From the human T2T-CHM13v2.0 reference genome, Homo sapiens: a stretch of 64,000 nt of DNA. How positions within the stretch are numbered: the first letter of the stretch is position 1; the number at the start of each line of letters is the position of its first letter. Both the position numbers and the translations under genes were made by a program. The stretch lies in NCBI RefSeq assembly GCF_009914755.1, contig NC_060929.1, one strand, 5' to 3'. Shown one piece after another: positions 41,213-57,814 of this stretch. Below the pieces are notes generated by a model. That model made no database searches and was not told the origin of the DNA. It saw nothing but the letters and a program-made list of their open reading frames with translations.

Positions 41213-43978
41213 CAGTGACTGTTCCCAAATACTCAAATTAAGGTTTACTATTGAGTAACAATATAATTATCAAAATTTTGGAACTGTGATTTAAACAAAG
41301 TTGAGTACAAAAGAGTTGAGAAATGGTTTGAGAAACCTGAATTTTTTGTTTAGTCATATTTATAGTCCTTCAGTTTTATAATATTGTTGCATAATATCTT
41401 ATTTTGTGTGTAATAAACACCCTCATTGAAAAAAACTTACTCTAAAAAGTGAACTGTCTTGAATTATTTTTAAGGAAGACAGCAGCGCCCATCCATGTTA
41501 AATTCCAGTAGCAAGAAATCATCTTTGGTAAAAAGGCTTTCGTTAGTGAGGTACTGATGTGTTTTATTACTCTAATTTTAATAATTTAAACATAGAATCG
41601 TAATCGGTTCCATCTAAAGCATGAAACTACTTTTTCTAGTATCCCCTAATGTATTTGGTTTAAAGTTAAAATTTCTCAATGAGAGGAACTCTCCTGTGAG
41701 TATGAAGTCACAACTAAAGGAAAAGCCATTATATCTGGGAGCTTCTAGGGTCAGACACAGTAAGTTCATAAGGTTTAGTGGTTTCAGCTAATGAGACAAT
41801 TTTCTAGTAGTAATAAGCTTTGCAGACATCCAAGTGAACGCTCTGTATTGTTCATTTTACCTCAATATAACTATGTTCCTAATAATTGCAATCATTTAAA
41901 TATATTGATATTTTTTCCTAAGTTTGAAAAATGAAAGAGAATTACAATAGATTTAAGTTAATTAAAACTTTGAGCGAATCTAATTATTTCTTCTATCTTT
42001 CCTTTCAAAAAGTGAAGGAGTCTATGTGTAAACTGGTTTAGTTTCCGGGAAAACCAAACATGATTTAAATTTAAAAGCAAAAGAAAGGAATTCTTCCTAC
42101 ACTGTCCAGATTCCAGGGGCTCATTTCCCAATTCCTTTGGCAGAATGAATGAATTCCTTTTTGCAGTTTTCGCTTTCCAACACACCTCTGCTAGAGGCTC
42201 ATCTTAGAGTCCATGTTTGGAGAAATAGAAAGTAAAACAAAACCAATACCCAAACAAATAAACTAATGAAACAACCGGGAAATTCACTTTTGGATGAGTT
42301 ACTTCAAGTTTTCAGTTTCTCTCCTTCTCTTCTGGCTTCTGCTTACTTTCCAAGGTTCTTAGAGAGTTATTTAAATTTTGTTCAGAGACTTTAGTTATAA
42401 TCTATCAGTAAGAGGCACGAGCTGTAGTGGGTTTACTCTGTTTTGGCTGGGATGAAGAGTCAATAAATATTTGATTATTCTGAATTTGGGAAATTAATTT
42501 GTTACAAACATAATTGAGAATTGTCAGAGGAGACAATAAGAAATGAAAATTATATCTAAAGGCAAGAAATAGATACCGGTAAATTTTAAAAGTAAACAGC
42601 AAGTAAAAATAATAATTAGCAACTTAATTCTTTAAATAAGGAATTTTGGGTATGTATGATTTAAAAGTATGCCAAATGCTTGGAGCATTGACAAAACATT
42701 TAGTAATTAAAAGGACTTGCTGGTTTTGAACAAAATAACCTTGAAAATTTTGTAGCAATAAATATAAATTTTAAATTCCTCCAGTAACAATTTGCAACAA
42801 ATTATTCATAAATTATCCTTATGTTTTACTAACCCAAGTAAAACAAAAAAATTAATCAAATATCAAGAAAATATTTTGTCCGATTTTCATTTTAAACCGA
42901 TACTGATAAATTGTTAACATTCAATCAACTTTGTTTAAAATATGAATTATTTACTATATTTTTAAATATATCATTTGAAAGCAAAATAAACCAAGGCAAG
43001 TAGAACTCATTTTACTCTAATATTTGTATTAATATTTATAGTATAACATAAAAAAATTTAAATTATTTTTTACTATGTATTATCTTTGGTTTATTCTTAA
43101 TATGCTGGTAATCTTAATATGTTGATGTGTATATGTGTATGTGATTGTGTTGTTTGTGCGTTTGGATGTACATACTTACATAAGTACAATAGATAAAATG
43201 TTTACTTTTGCTTTACTACATATGTATACGATATAATCAATGAAAACCGTGTGCCAACATCAGTTTAAATGACAATACAATCAATGAGAAGACACAATAT
43301 TTTTATAATTAATATAATTCTAATTTGTTGAAAATGTTGTCTCCCAGAAATACTATCTAAACTCATTTAAAATAAATAAAACTCTGTAGCCTTATATAAA
43401 AAGTTGTTAATGTTATTTAATTCATGCTAAAAGTTTGGTTTAATTTTTCTTCTTACTTAGGAAGGAAGGCCGTTAAAAATTTCTTCATTAAAATTTTTCT
43501 TCTGAAGTACAGTTTTAGTAAGTGAAAAAGATGCAAAATGACTTACTTTTTAATTTTTTAAGAAAATATGTTTATCTTCACTAGATATTTCTAGGGTGTG
43601 CATAAGATAATAGAAAAATCATTTTATAGCCAGTTAATCTCCCATTTTCTTAATAAAAGTCAAAATGAGAGAAAAATTGCAAAAAGAAAAATAAGAGAGC
43701 TGGAACTGACTCCAGACGTGTATAAAATTACCACTAGGAAAAGCTAATTATCCTCCCTTTGCAGGCAAAGGAGAGTACTTATTTGCAGAAAGACCAATTT
43801 TGACATACACAGAATAAAAAATCATGGTTTAAACAATAGTTTATGATTTTGAAAATTTTATCTGCTATATGATTAACAAAAAAAAAGGTACAAAAATGTA
43901 CTCCAAATACAGAAATGAAAGAAGGGGGCATTGTCCATGTTAATCACTATAATGTCTCTTTAAAAGTGAAGACAGATA

Positions 43979-44645
43979 GAGGATGTGGAGAAATAGGAAC
44001 ACTTTTACGCTGTTGGTGGGACTGTAAACTGGTTCCACCATTGTGGAAGACAGTGTGACGATTCCTCAGGGATCTAGAACTAGAAACACCATTTGACCCA
44101 GACATCCCATTACTGGGTATATACCCAAAGGATTATAAATCATGCTGCTGTAAAGACACATGGACACATATGTTTATTGTGGCACTATTCACAATAGCAA
44201 AGACCTGGAACCAACCCAAATGTCCAACAATGATAGACTGGATTAAGATAATGTGGCACATATACACCATGGAATACTATGAAGCCATAAAAAATGATGA
44301 GTTCATGTCCTTTGTAGGGACATGGATGGAGCTGGAAACCATCATTCTCAGCAAACTATCGCAAGGACAAAAAACCAAACACCACATGTTCTCACTCATA
44401 GGTGAGAATTGAACAATGAGAACATTTGGACCTGGGAAGGGAGACATCACACATCGGGGCCTGTTGTGGGGTGGGGGGAGGGGGGAGGGATAGCATTAGG
44501 AGATATACCTAATATAAATGACGACTTAATGGGTGCAGCACACCAACATGGCACATGTATAAATATGTAACAAACCTGCACGTTGTGCACATGTACCCTA
44601 GAAATTAAAGTATAATAATAATTTTAAAAAATTTAAAAAAGTTTA
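43979..44645 (+). mobile_element. 5'-truncated L1PA (L1PA4-like)
   Basis: L1PA ORF2 end and 3' UTR; perfect 17 bp TSD aaaagtgaagacagata (43962-43978 / 44646-44662) at a tttt/aaaa endonuclease site. Confidence 0.96.
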
Positions 44646-44922
44646 AAAAGTGAAGACAGATAATCTTCCCATAAGGATTTTCTTCCCTTTTCTCTTTCAA
44701 GTCCTCTCTCAAGTGAAGAATAAAAAATTTCCCAAATAGCCATTGCAGTTTCAGATAGTACTTAGTAGAGTTATAACTGTTAGAAAGATATGCATATGAG
44801 AATTGCAATATAAAATAGGAAAACTGTGCTTTTGTAAACCTTGGATCTCCACAATCTGGCCAAAGATAAGTCATCACAAATTGAGTATCCAATGAACCCC
44901 CATGTCTGGCCAGAAAACAAAC

Positions 44923-44925
44923 AAA

Positions 44926-44966
<41 letters not shown>
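44923..44966. repeat. (AAAT)11 STR
   Basis: Counted directly. Confidence 0.92.
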
Positions 44967-44968
<2 letters not shown>

Positions 44969-45489
44969 AACTGTTCTCATGGATATAAACAATAAAACTA
45001 AAGCATCTGTATGATTTTGAAAAGTTGATCCAAGACAGAGTTTGTACAATGAATACTGGTCCAGAGAGACCTTCTGAACCCATCAATCCTTTGGGATTAT
45101 CCAAGAATTAATCATCATTCTTATGTTGATCTTGCTATATATTAATACTTCGTTGTAAACACATGGACAATGAATGGAGTAGACAAAGACAGATGACAGT
45201 GTTTTTAAAGACATGGCAGTGTTTCCTGTAGGATAAGTGTTTTCAAATATGATCACTTAATCAAATGAGTCTTTAACAGGTTTTTATTTCCGAAGAGATA
45301 AAATGAATTCAGCATTTGGGAATTCCATATTGCAATTTACAACCTATATATGACTTTCACTACACATCATCTCACTTTCACTATCTGAGAGTACAAGCCT
45401 CTAGAGCCTTCTTAGCAAGTTCTTTTGAATTGATGGCAGTGAGGACATATTGATTAGATTTCAGTAGAATCTTCAGAGATCATCATGCA

Positions 45490-45900
45490 TTGACTCTCCA
45501 AAACTCCTGAAAAAGACAAAAATGAAAATAAACTAATGCAGCAAAGTTCAGTTTATTAGAAATACTACACTGAAAGAGAATACCACCGTGAAAGAGTTTT
45601 AATCGTTTCTCAGGAGAGAAAATTTGGAGAAGAGTATTGATAAAGTTTTTATTAAAATAAATTTTTTAATAATCTATCCATGGCAACCATTGTACTTTTG
45701 CAATCTGCTTCTAGTTTAGACAGAGAAGGCACTTGGTATATATAATATGAACCCACATTTCTTCAATATTTCTTACAGGTGCTATTAGTAATTGGCTCAG
45801 AGAACTCGCCATTAGGGGCAGTGCATCACTTAACAATGGCTGGGCGTGAAAGAGGCAAGTAAATTTATTTTAAAATTTTAGCATTCTCCTTGTTCCAGTC
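45490..45900 (-). mobile_element. Possible old ERV1-class LTR fragment (MER110/MER90-like)
   Basis: aaagttcagtttattagaaatactacactgaaagagaataccaccgtgaaagagttttaa resembles the antisense 3' end of such LTRs. Confidence 0.35.
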
Positions 45901-46540
45901 TGAACATATCTGAATTGAGAGTATATTAATGAAGATTGAAATGCTGCATGTTTAATGACAGTTTCATCTTTATTCAAAATATGTATACAAAGGAAAAGAT
46001 ATGTCTTTTCATGGGTTTATAATATCTTGATTAATGGAAGATTCATTATATCAATAGAGAATTTTTAATAAGTTAAAATTTTGCATCTTATATAAAATCA
46101 AAAATAGTATGAGCACATATTGAAAATTATCTGACTTCTTAATTAGAGAACTAATCTAAAGATGAAGCTGGTCCAAAGGAGAAGTAGAGCAATGTTGACT
46201 TTTATTACCCTTCAAAGGAATGCTGAAATGAATTTGCTAATCGACACGAAACTAGTTAATGTACTATTTTTAATAAACTGTCACATTATAGCTATATTTT
46301 CTATAGGTAATCTATAGAAATAGATGAATACATAATCTATAAATAAATAGTTAAATAAACAAGCTATTTCCTCCATGTCTACAGTATACTATAATAGCAA
46401 ATGCAAATTCAAAAGTACATTTTTTTCAGGAAACAAATTATCTTTATCTGCAACTGTTTATGCTCCAGTAGATGTCGAAGTTCAGGCAGCAATGCCGTTA
46501 CTTGATGTCTAAGTTTAAATAATTGTTCTTTGCAGTCAGC

Positions 46541-46546
<6 letters not shown>

Positions 46547-46574
<28 letters not shown>

Positions 46575-46844
46575 GAGAGGGAGTCTCGGTCTGTCGCCCA
46601 GGCTGGAGTGCAGTGATGTCACCTCGGCTCACTGCAAGCTCCGCCTCCCGGGTTCACACCATTCTCCCGAGTAGCTGGGACTACAGGCGCCCGCCACGAC
46701 GCCTGGCTAATTTTTTTTGTATTTTTAGTATAGATGTGGTTTCACCGTGTTAGCCAGGATGGTCTCGATCTCCTGACCTCATGATCCACACGCCTCGGCC
46801 TCCCAAAGTGCTGGGATAACAGGCGTGAGCCACCGCGCCTGGCC
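46547..46844 (-). mobile_element. AluY with a 13 bp internal deletion
   Basis: tgcaagctccgcctcccgggttcac, gttagccaggatggtctcgatctcc; TSD agcatcaat (46538-46546 / 46845-46853). Confidence 0.95.
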
Positions 46845-46859
46845 AGCATCAATATTTTT

Positions 46860-47230
46860 AAACATTTTAAAGTTTGTAATAATTTTAGGCTTACAAAAAT
46901 TGCAAAATATTACAGAGTTTACTTATATTTCTCAACTTTCTTCATCTAATGTTAATATTTTACCCTAATTTCCAAACACAATTGTCCAATGAAGAAACCA
47001 GGGTCTTTGTAGATGTGGTTGATTCTAGGGCTGGGGCAGGCAGGAAGATGTGTCAGAGACACTTGGGGGTTTCAGAAAGTAAGAAAATGATTACAAGGAA
47101 GAAGAAGAAGAAAAAGAAAAACCATATTGAAAGACTCCGGGAGCCAAGCTGAAGGATTACCTAATGACCAAACCTGGAGCAATTTAAAAAACAAACATCA
47201 ATATTTTTTATCGAATGAAGGATATTTTTA
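46860..47230. mobile_element. L1MC-like 3' end: terminal piece on minus (46860-46962) plus 3' UTR piece on plus (46963-47230)
   Basis: aataattttaggcttacaaaaattgcaaaatattacagag (antisense terminus); gaaaccagggtctttgtagatgtggttgattctagggctggggcagg (sense L1MC3/4 3' UTR). Confidence 0.7.
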
Positions 47231-50200
47231 AACAAAATGAAAATGCTATGGTAAGAATTGGGGTAGGAGAAATGACCTCATTTGGATAGATGGGAAGGAA
47301 ACAATGCCAAAAGGTACCTCGACAGAGTTTTCTTTTTGTAATATGGGGTATTTGCAGTAATTGGCTATAGTTGTTGGCCTTCTATAAGTATCTATGCTTA
47401 TACACACCCTAGAAAGTCTTTGTACAAACACCTTTTCCAGTTTGAAGACCACTCGTGTAATAAGTAGGGTTTCTGTTTCATATTTACTGTGATAAATGCC
47501 AATAAGAAAAGAAACAATAAATTTCAAATGTAGCCAATAAAGACATTTTTATTGAATGTCTACTAAATCCCAGGTACTCTCAAGAAGTCCCTTCCTTTGA
47601 AAAAGTTTTATTATAGTAAAACAAGAGATTATTAATTTCATAGAGCAGACAATAAGTGAGTTAATTTTAGTGATTTTTAAAGACAGCAGTATATACATTA
47701 TTTGATTCCATACAAGAAGATAAATGAAAATATGCTCAAGCGATTATTAAATTTCCATGGAAACTAGAAGCATGTATCTGTATAAAACTTGATACTTTCT
47801 AAATATTAAATTGTACCATTATCTGCAGATGTACCAATTTGTCTGACTTTGGCAAAATTATATAACTGTTTCTAAAACAAATAAGTTTATAATGAAAGTG
47901 GCACAAAGTGAAAAACGCAGTGTCTATTTTCTACCTCCTATTTTTTCATTTTAAAATAATGGAACAAGCAAAATTTAATGGTTAATTTAAGACTTTAAAA
48001 TAGATTACATACTATGATATAATATAATAATGCTTTGCTACTGGATTCCAAATATTAAATTTTGATGTTCTTGGTATTTTAAAGATAAAATTAGAATTCA
48101 CAATGCTACTATTTATAATTCTGATCATTTTTAAAATAATCACAAAATCAATGTTAGTGAAAATTAAAATTTTTACTAAGGATTAGTTTCTGAATTATAA
48201 TTATAATTATTTTGATAAATATGAATTACAAAAAGATCTTATGTAAGTGGAAACAATATTTCTAGTCTTGCACTAATCAAGCCCGGGAAATTAGAGAGGT
48301 TTTTTTCTTACATGCTTTGTTGCTGCTTTTCTAATTCTTCAGATATATACTTTGTGTTATTCAGTGCTGTAAAAACAATACTTCTTACAAGAAATAATTC
48401 AACAGTTCAAAAATTACGATTATAGTACTTTTTATACTAATTATAGGCATAAAATATTTCAGCGAGACAGATTCAATATTAATCATATTTTGCCTCTTGT
48501 AATACAGGTCATATCACGTTATTCATAAGTATTCATTTGTATTATACACAACTTGGAAATAATCATGAGAAAATAACTGATTAAGGCATAAATGTCTAAT
48601 ATTATAAAATTACCTACTACTCATTTCTGTTTTATATAATTAACTTTACATTAAAATGTAACTCAAGCTTCATTATGTAATTACTAAAACACATATGTCA
48701 TTAATTGCATTAACACTGTTTCCACTAAGATAATGAAAAAATTAACTTCTATTTTTATACTTGAATTTGGGATTGTGTATTCAGATCAATCTGTTTCAAA
48801 TTATTTAGGAATTATGCAACTATTCTTGTTTAATATGCAACTATTTTACCAGTCATCTTTTAATGCAACCTTATCATTATTTTTAAAATTACTAATGTAC
48901 TAATGTTCTTTTCATTTGTGTAGTCATGTTTATATCAGTCCCAACCTTTGTTGATAGTAATTTGGCAGAAAAAGTCCAGGTTATCAGCCTTTCTGAACTG
49001 ATGAAAGTGGTTTCCTTAGCAACTGAAGAACCGTAGAATCTCTCGGAACACCTGTTCTTCCCACTCATAATTCCTGCAGCTGAGAAGTATGCATTTGAAA
49101 ACTGACTTTTTATTTTGATTTTTGCTTCTATATATTCAGCTTGGTTAGGACTGAGAAAGTTTGCTGAGTTTGACTTACTTGCACAGCTCAAAGGACCAAA
49201 GAGTCTGCATGCTTTAGACTTATTATTATGACTAGCAATTAGTATTTCATCTCCCCCATCCCTGAAGTATTCCTCATGTATTTTCCAAAGTCCTGAGCAG
49301 CCAGAGATAATGGTAAGGTTTGGAAATCCAGCTAGAGCAATGGACATTCTCTAAGTGCAAATGACAAAACGTGGCTCCATTGTCACCCTCAGGCTTTTTA
49401 TTCAGCCCACATTCATAATTCAATGGGACTGGTAATATAAAAGGGCAATGTGCCTGACTGCTTGAGAAAATGACTGTCATATTTTAGCTTATAAATTTTT
49501 AAAATTATTCATTTCCTTGATTGTGTCAGGTCATTCTCTTTTTCTTAAAAAGTTAACTGAACTTATTCAGATGTATTGTCTATAGTACAGCTCCTAAGGG
49601 TAATTAAAAAAAATCAGTCAGTTATTTTCTCTTAGAACAAGTTGAGAAACTTAAAATATATTTCAATGTTTCCTTTTAACAATTGCATGAAAACTTTCTT
49701 CTAATTTAAGAATTTTCTTTTTAAAACTTCTCAACATATTAAGTAAAAAATGTATAAAAAAATGGCCTCTATAAACATACAATACTTTCCATGTAGCGAC
49801 CCATGTCAAAAAGAAAAACTCATGCAGATAGAAGATTAAAGTTAATTTTCCAAATATTAATCAACCATCTCATCATATCTCCAAATTTTCTTCACAGACT
49901 AACGTACGCTATTATTTAATTTAATTCTCCACTTATTTGTTGGTCACAATCTGATTTTCTAAATGTAACATTAAGTAATGTCCTCAAAAACCTAACCTTT
50001 AACAATTAATTAAATGTTATGGATAGGTTGTTTATAAAATTTACATGTCCACTCAATATGAAATATGGCACTAATTAGAGGAAATTATTTTCCTATTAGT
50101 AGACAAAAAACAGTTGTGTAAAAGTGATTTCCAATTGTCCATTCATTTTTCCCCTTAAATATGCCTATTTAAAATGATTTTAAAAACATTTTTATAGAGG

Positions 50201-50339
50201 CATTAAACTATTTCAGTATTGAAATATAGATATTAAAAGCCTATGTTATCAGAGACCCACAAATGATATAATTTGAAGATGAATTATTATTATTTTCTCT
50301 TTTTCCCCCTCATATATTACCAATCAACATTTCTCTTTC

Positions 50340-50636
50340 TTTTTTTTTTTTTTTTTTTGAGGCAGAGTCTTGCTCTGTCGCCCAGGCTGGAGTGCAGTGA
50401 CACGATCTCGGCTCACGGCAACCTCCGCCTCCCAGGTTCAAGCAATTCTCTGCCTCAGCTCCCGAGTAGCTGGGATTACAGGCGCCTGCCACCATGCCCA
50501 GCTAAATTTTGTATTATTAATAGAGATGGGGTTTCACCATCATGGCCAGGCCGGTCTTGAACTCCTGACCTCGTGATCCACCCGCCTTGGCCTCCCAAAG
50601 TGCTGGGATTACATGCATGAGCCACCGCGTCCAGCT
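50340..50636 (-). mobile_element. AluSg-like
   Basis: Full dimer; TSD acatttctctttc (50327-50339 / 50638-50650). Confidence 0.95.
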
Positions 50637-51474
50637 GACATTTCTCTTTCTTTTGGAAGTTATACATGTGTTAAAAATCCCAAGGAAATAAATATTTATA
50701 TATCCCTGATATTCTTTAGAAACTCTATCCCTTGTCATTATTATTAAATTTTGAAATAGACACAGGAAATTTGAGGAAGAAATAACATGATAAAACTTTA
50801 GATTTCATTCTATAGTACTTTTTTCATGTCAACAAATAACCTTATACATGGATTTGCCCAGGGTCCTGTTCTCTTCTCAAACATCATCACCTCATTCCTC
50901 TTTTCTTCTCCTTCCTGATGACTGTCCTTCACTAATGGCAAGATACTGTGTTTTTTCAACACTGTATCCCCAGAGATTAGCAAAATGCCTAACTTTTAAA
51001 ACCAGCTTAATTTTATTTTTTGAAAGATCAGTGGAATTACAAAATTATAGTTTTATCTTTTACATACCCATACATTTAGCCAGTTTTTGGATATATTTTA
51101 TTGTCTGTAATAATTTAAAACCATTCATCTGGAAAACCAAATATTTGAGAGTGAACATCACAGAAAGATTGTATCTCTTACAGTAATTCTACTTGCTGGA
51201 ACTTAAAAATCTCTAATTTTTTTATGGCTTAATATAATAGATGTTTGTTTCATACTCAAACAGTAGTGCAGTGTGTCATTACACATCTATAGGATGCCTG
51301 TATGGTGACTCTAGCACAAAGATTCCTTTTACCTTATGGTTTCTTAAGCCTTCAAAGATCTCTGCTTTCTGCTTTCTTTCTCTGCTTCAAAGATCTCTGC
51401 TTTCTTTCTCTCTCTGCTGATGGGATTGAGCACATGGATTAGACACACTCTCTGTACAGTATTTTTCTTAAAAA

Positions 51475-54740
<3,266 letters not shown>

Positions 54741-54790
54741 CACTGATTTTTAGTGTTCCTGTTCTCAAGAGGCATATCACTTAGATCTAT

Positions 54791-55155
54791 TAATAGGGTT
54801 TGACCATGTCCCCATCCAAATCTCATCTTCAATTTTAGCTCCTACAATTCCCACGTGTCATGGGAAGGACTCGGTGGGAGGTAATTGAGTCACAGGGCCT
54901 GGTCATTCCCATGCTGTTCTTGTGATAGCGAGTAAGTATCACAAGATCTGATGGTTTTATAAAGGGGAGTTTCTCTGCACACGCTCTCTCTTGCCTGCTG
55001 CCATGTAAAATGTGACTTTGCTCCTCCTTGCCTAGTGACATGATTGTTAGGCCTCCCCAGCCATGTAGAACTGTGAGTCAATTAAATCTCTTCCCATTAT
55101 AAATTACCCAGTCTTGGGTATGTCTTTATTAGCAGTGTGAAAACAGACTAATACA
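54791..55155 (+). mobile_element. THE1B solo LTR
   Basis: ggttttataaaggggagtt, gtgagtcaattaaa, ataaattacccagtc...actaataca; perfect TSD tctat (54786-54790 / 55156-55160). Confidence 0.95.
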
Positions 55156-55369
55156 TCTATATACCATTGGCAAGAATTAGTAATATGGTCTTAACCAGCT
55201 GCATGGAAGCATTGGGAATATAGTCTCTGGCAGAGCAGCTACATTCTAGAGACAACCCCATGAGAAGAAGCACAAGCCTTGGTGGACTCTTAGGTCTCTC
55301 ATTCATGGACCCTATGATGGAAAAGGCAAAATCAACATTTAGAAACCATTTTCTGAATTCCAAACATTA

Positions 55370-55540
55370 TACTAGATATTTTATATATGTGATCTCATTT
55401 ACATTTTACACTCCCTAATTAACTAAAGGAGATTATTAGACCACGTAGGAAATTGAATCAGAGAATTTAGCCAAATGCCCAAGGGTACATAGCTCAATTT
55501 ATATTTCAACCTAAATCCATGTAACTCTAAAGGCTATGTA
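55370..55540 (-). mobile_element. MIR
   Basis: atctcatttacatttta...ggaaattgaatcagagaatttagccaaatgcccaagggtacatagct. Confidence 0.55.
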
Positions 55541-56406
55541 CTATTTAGAAAGTGACTGAGCTGGGTTAAAGATTTTACTGGTATTTTAAACTAAATATGA
55601 TTATATTTATAAAATCGTTTGAGAATAATTTATTATTTGCACTAGAAAATCTCTAATCAAAATGTATTTCTTCTCATTTAGTCAAGTTGATTGTCACAGA
55701 TTTGCCATTGCCTCTAGGTAAAACACACAATAGCCTCACTCCTGCTTTTCCTAAGGAAGTCCACAGTATCTTGTTTCTGGAAGGCCTTCCAACCTAAGCC
55801 AGCCCTACCCAGCAGTCCAGAGCCCCATTTTTTTTTGTATTACATTCATGTTTGCTGTGGTGAATAGCATATTCTAACTGCAAAGTCTCTTTGTTTTTAA
55901 CGTAAAGTTATTCAGATGGTAACTGACTTCTTTATTGAATTCAATTTTAATATTTACTTGGTTGAGTCTCCTGAGTATACCAAGTTGTCAAGTCTATCAC
56001 TAGAAAATAATAGTGCTATCTCATTTTCAATATTATTTACCTTTTATCTTATTGTACTTACTAAGACATTATAAAACAATACCAAAATCATCAAGCATGC
56101 TTGTCTTTCTACACATCAATTCTTGCTGGGACTATTGCAATGACTTCATAACAAGGTCTCTAGATCTGATTGTTATTCTAAACAATCAACCCTTCATATA
56201 GTCATATTTAAAGTATTTTATTTTCATAGTTCTGTCTTTTGCAGTAGCTGGTTAGATCAATAATGATAGAAACTATGAAAATTATGCCAATGACACCTTC
56301 ATACAGATTTCCACAGCATCTAAAACAGTATAGCTACACAGTATAACAATTTATGTTAAATTATCTTTTATTTATTTTTAACTTTTACTAGCCCTTTGAA
56401 ACATCT

Positions 56407-56752
56407 TGTATAACTAAAGAGAATAGAGCACATAACAAAAGCAGAGTCTTTTTATTAATTATATAGAGAGGAGAACAATATTTTGAGAATCTGGAGATAT
56501 TATGAAATTGGGCTTCCCAAGGCTTGGTGATCTGGCATGGAGAGGATTGCAGGAGTAGATAGGCCAAATATGATCTCTTCCCTCTTTCTGATATCCTGCC
56601 AATAATTCTATGGTATAAACTCCCCGAAATGCCAGAGGACAAAGAACTCATTGGTGAAGTCCAGAAAAGTTAGCTTCACTGGACACTCAACAGAACGGAA
56701 ATGAAGAAGAGGAGTAGGGCTGTGAAGAGTCAGAAGGAAACCCTCTAGCACA
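56407..56752 (-). mobile_element. LTR33-type LTR (3' LTR of ERVL relic)
   Basis: gccagaggacaaagaactcattggtgaagtccagaaaagttagcttc...ctctagcaca; left boundary approximate. Confidence 0.6.
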
Positions 56753-57814
56753 GGTGAATTTGATACTATGCCAGGCAAAACACATTCTGTCTCCCAACAC
56801 AGGGCATACAGAGTCAGATCAACTACTATAATGTTGTGTGGTAGTATCAATTCAGTCATACTCATTATACTCATTCCTCAATCTTAATGTGTTAGTCATC
56901 ATCAGTGACTTTCAAATAAGCTACTAGGGAAACAAATATTTAAGTAAAATAAAACACATTCTTATAGTCTTTGTTTCTGTATCACAACAATGTCTAAGTT
57001 GATAATAATAACTTCCTTCATTGCCATTGTGTCTTAAATTCTTCCAGCACCTTAAGAGAATTGAGTACATGAAGACAAAACCCAATCCTTTATGTGAAAT
57101 CTGAGACAACAGTGATCTATGTTCACTGGATTTCTGTACTTTAACCAGTCTACACTAGTGACTCTCAAAAAGTGTTTCGCTGAATAATCTGGATTCCAAA
57201 CATGGTCTTTTTTACTGCAACTATATAAAAACAATAAAAGTTCCTCTTGGGAATCAGGCTCTATTGCTGTGCTAACCATCTTTCTGTCTGTTGTTAGAGG
57301 CCAGTAAATAGCCTTAATTTACAATTTAACAGAAAAACAAAGCAATATATGGGTATTAGTAGAAACATTCCTCCCTTGGTAACTAAGACCTTCACACTAA
57401 CTGAACCAAAGTTTGTGAGAAAAGAGAGCAAACATTTATTCAATGGGGTATTTGGTGTCATAAGGAGAAGAACTACTGTCAAATTTATCCTGTCGTTCAT
57501 ACCTACGCATTCTGACTAGGGATGTGAGGCCATATATTGGCTTTTATTTAAGGCATCAAGCAAAAGCTTCCCAGGTGTCTTCCAACTGGGACTATAATGG
57601 GAACCTCCACAAGACATTCTGCCCTTTTATCAAGCCAGCTTCCCTATGGCATTGGAGCACTGAAAATGTTAAACTCCTATGTTGGAGTACATTGTCACAC
57701 TACTTTCTCTATAAAGTAAGAATGTTAGCTAGTATTCTACAATTCCAAAAATAATGAGGATGGCAGAAACATTGCAGAAGAAGGCAAATCTGCAACCAAA
57801 GTAATATGTCTATT

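Noticed and set aside
44465-44490. G-rich potential quadruplex (also ~38546-38568)
   Set aside because: Standard L1PA 3' UTR G-tract, well known
50273-50738. Cluster of overlapping ORFs (also at 21.2, 32.5, 35.8 and 53.2 kb)
   Set aside because: Alu-derived reading frames
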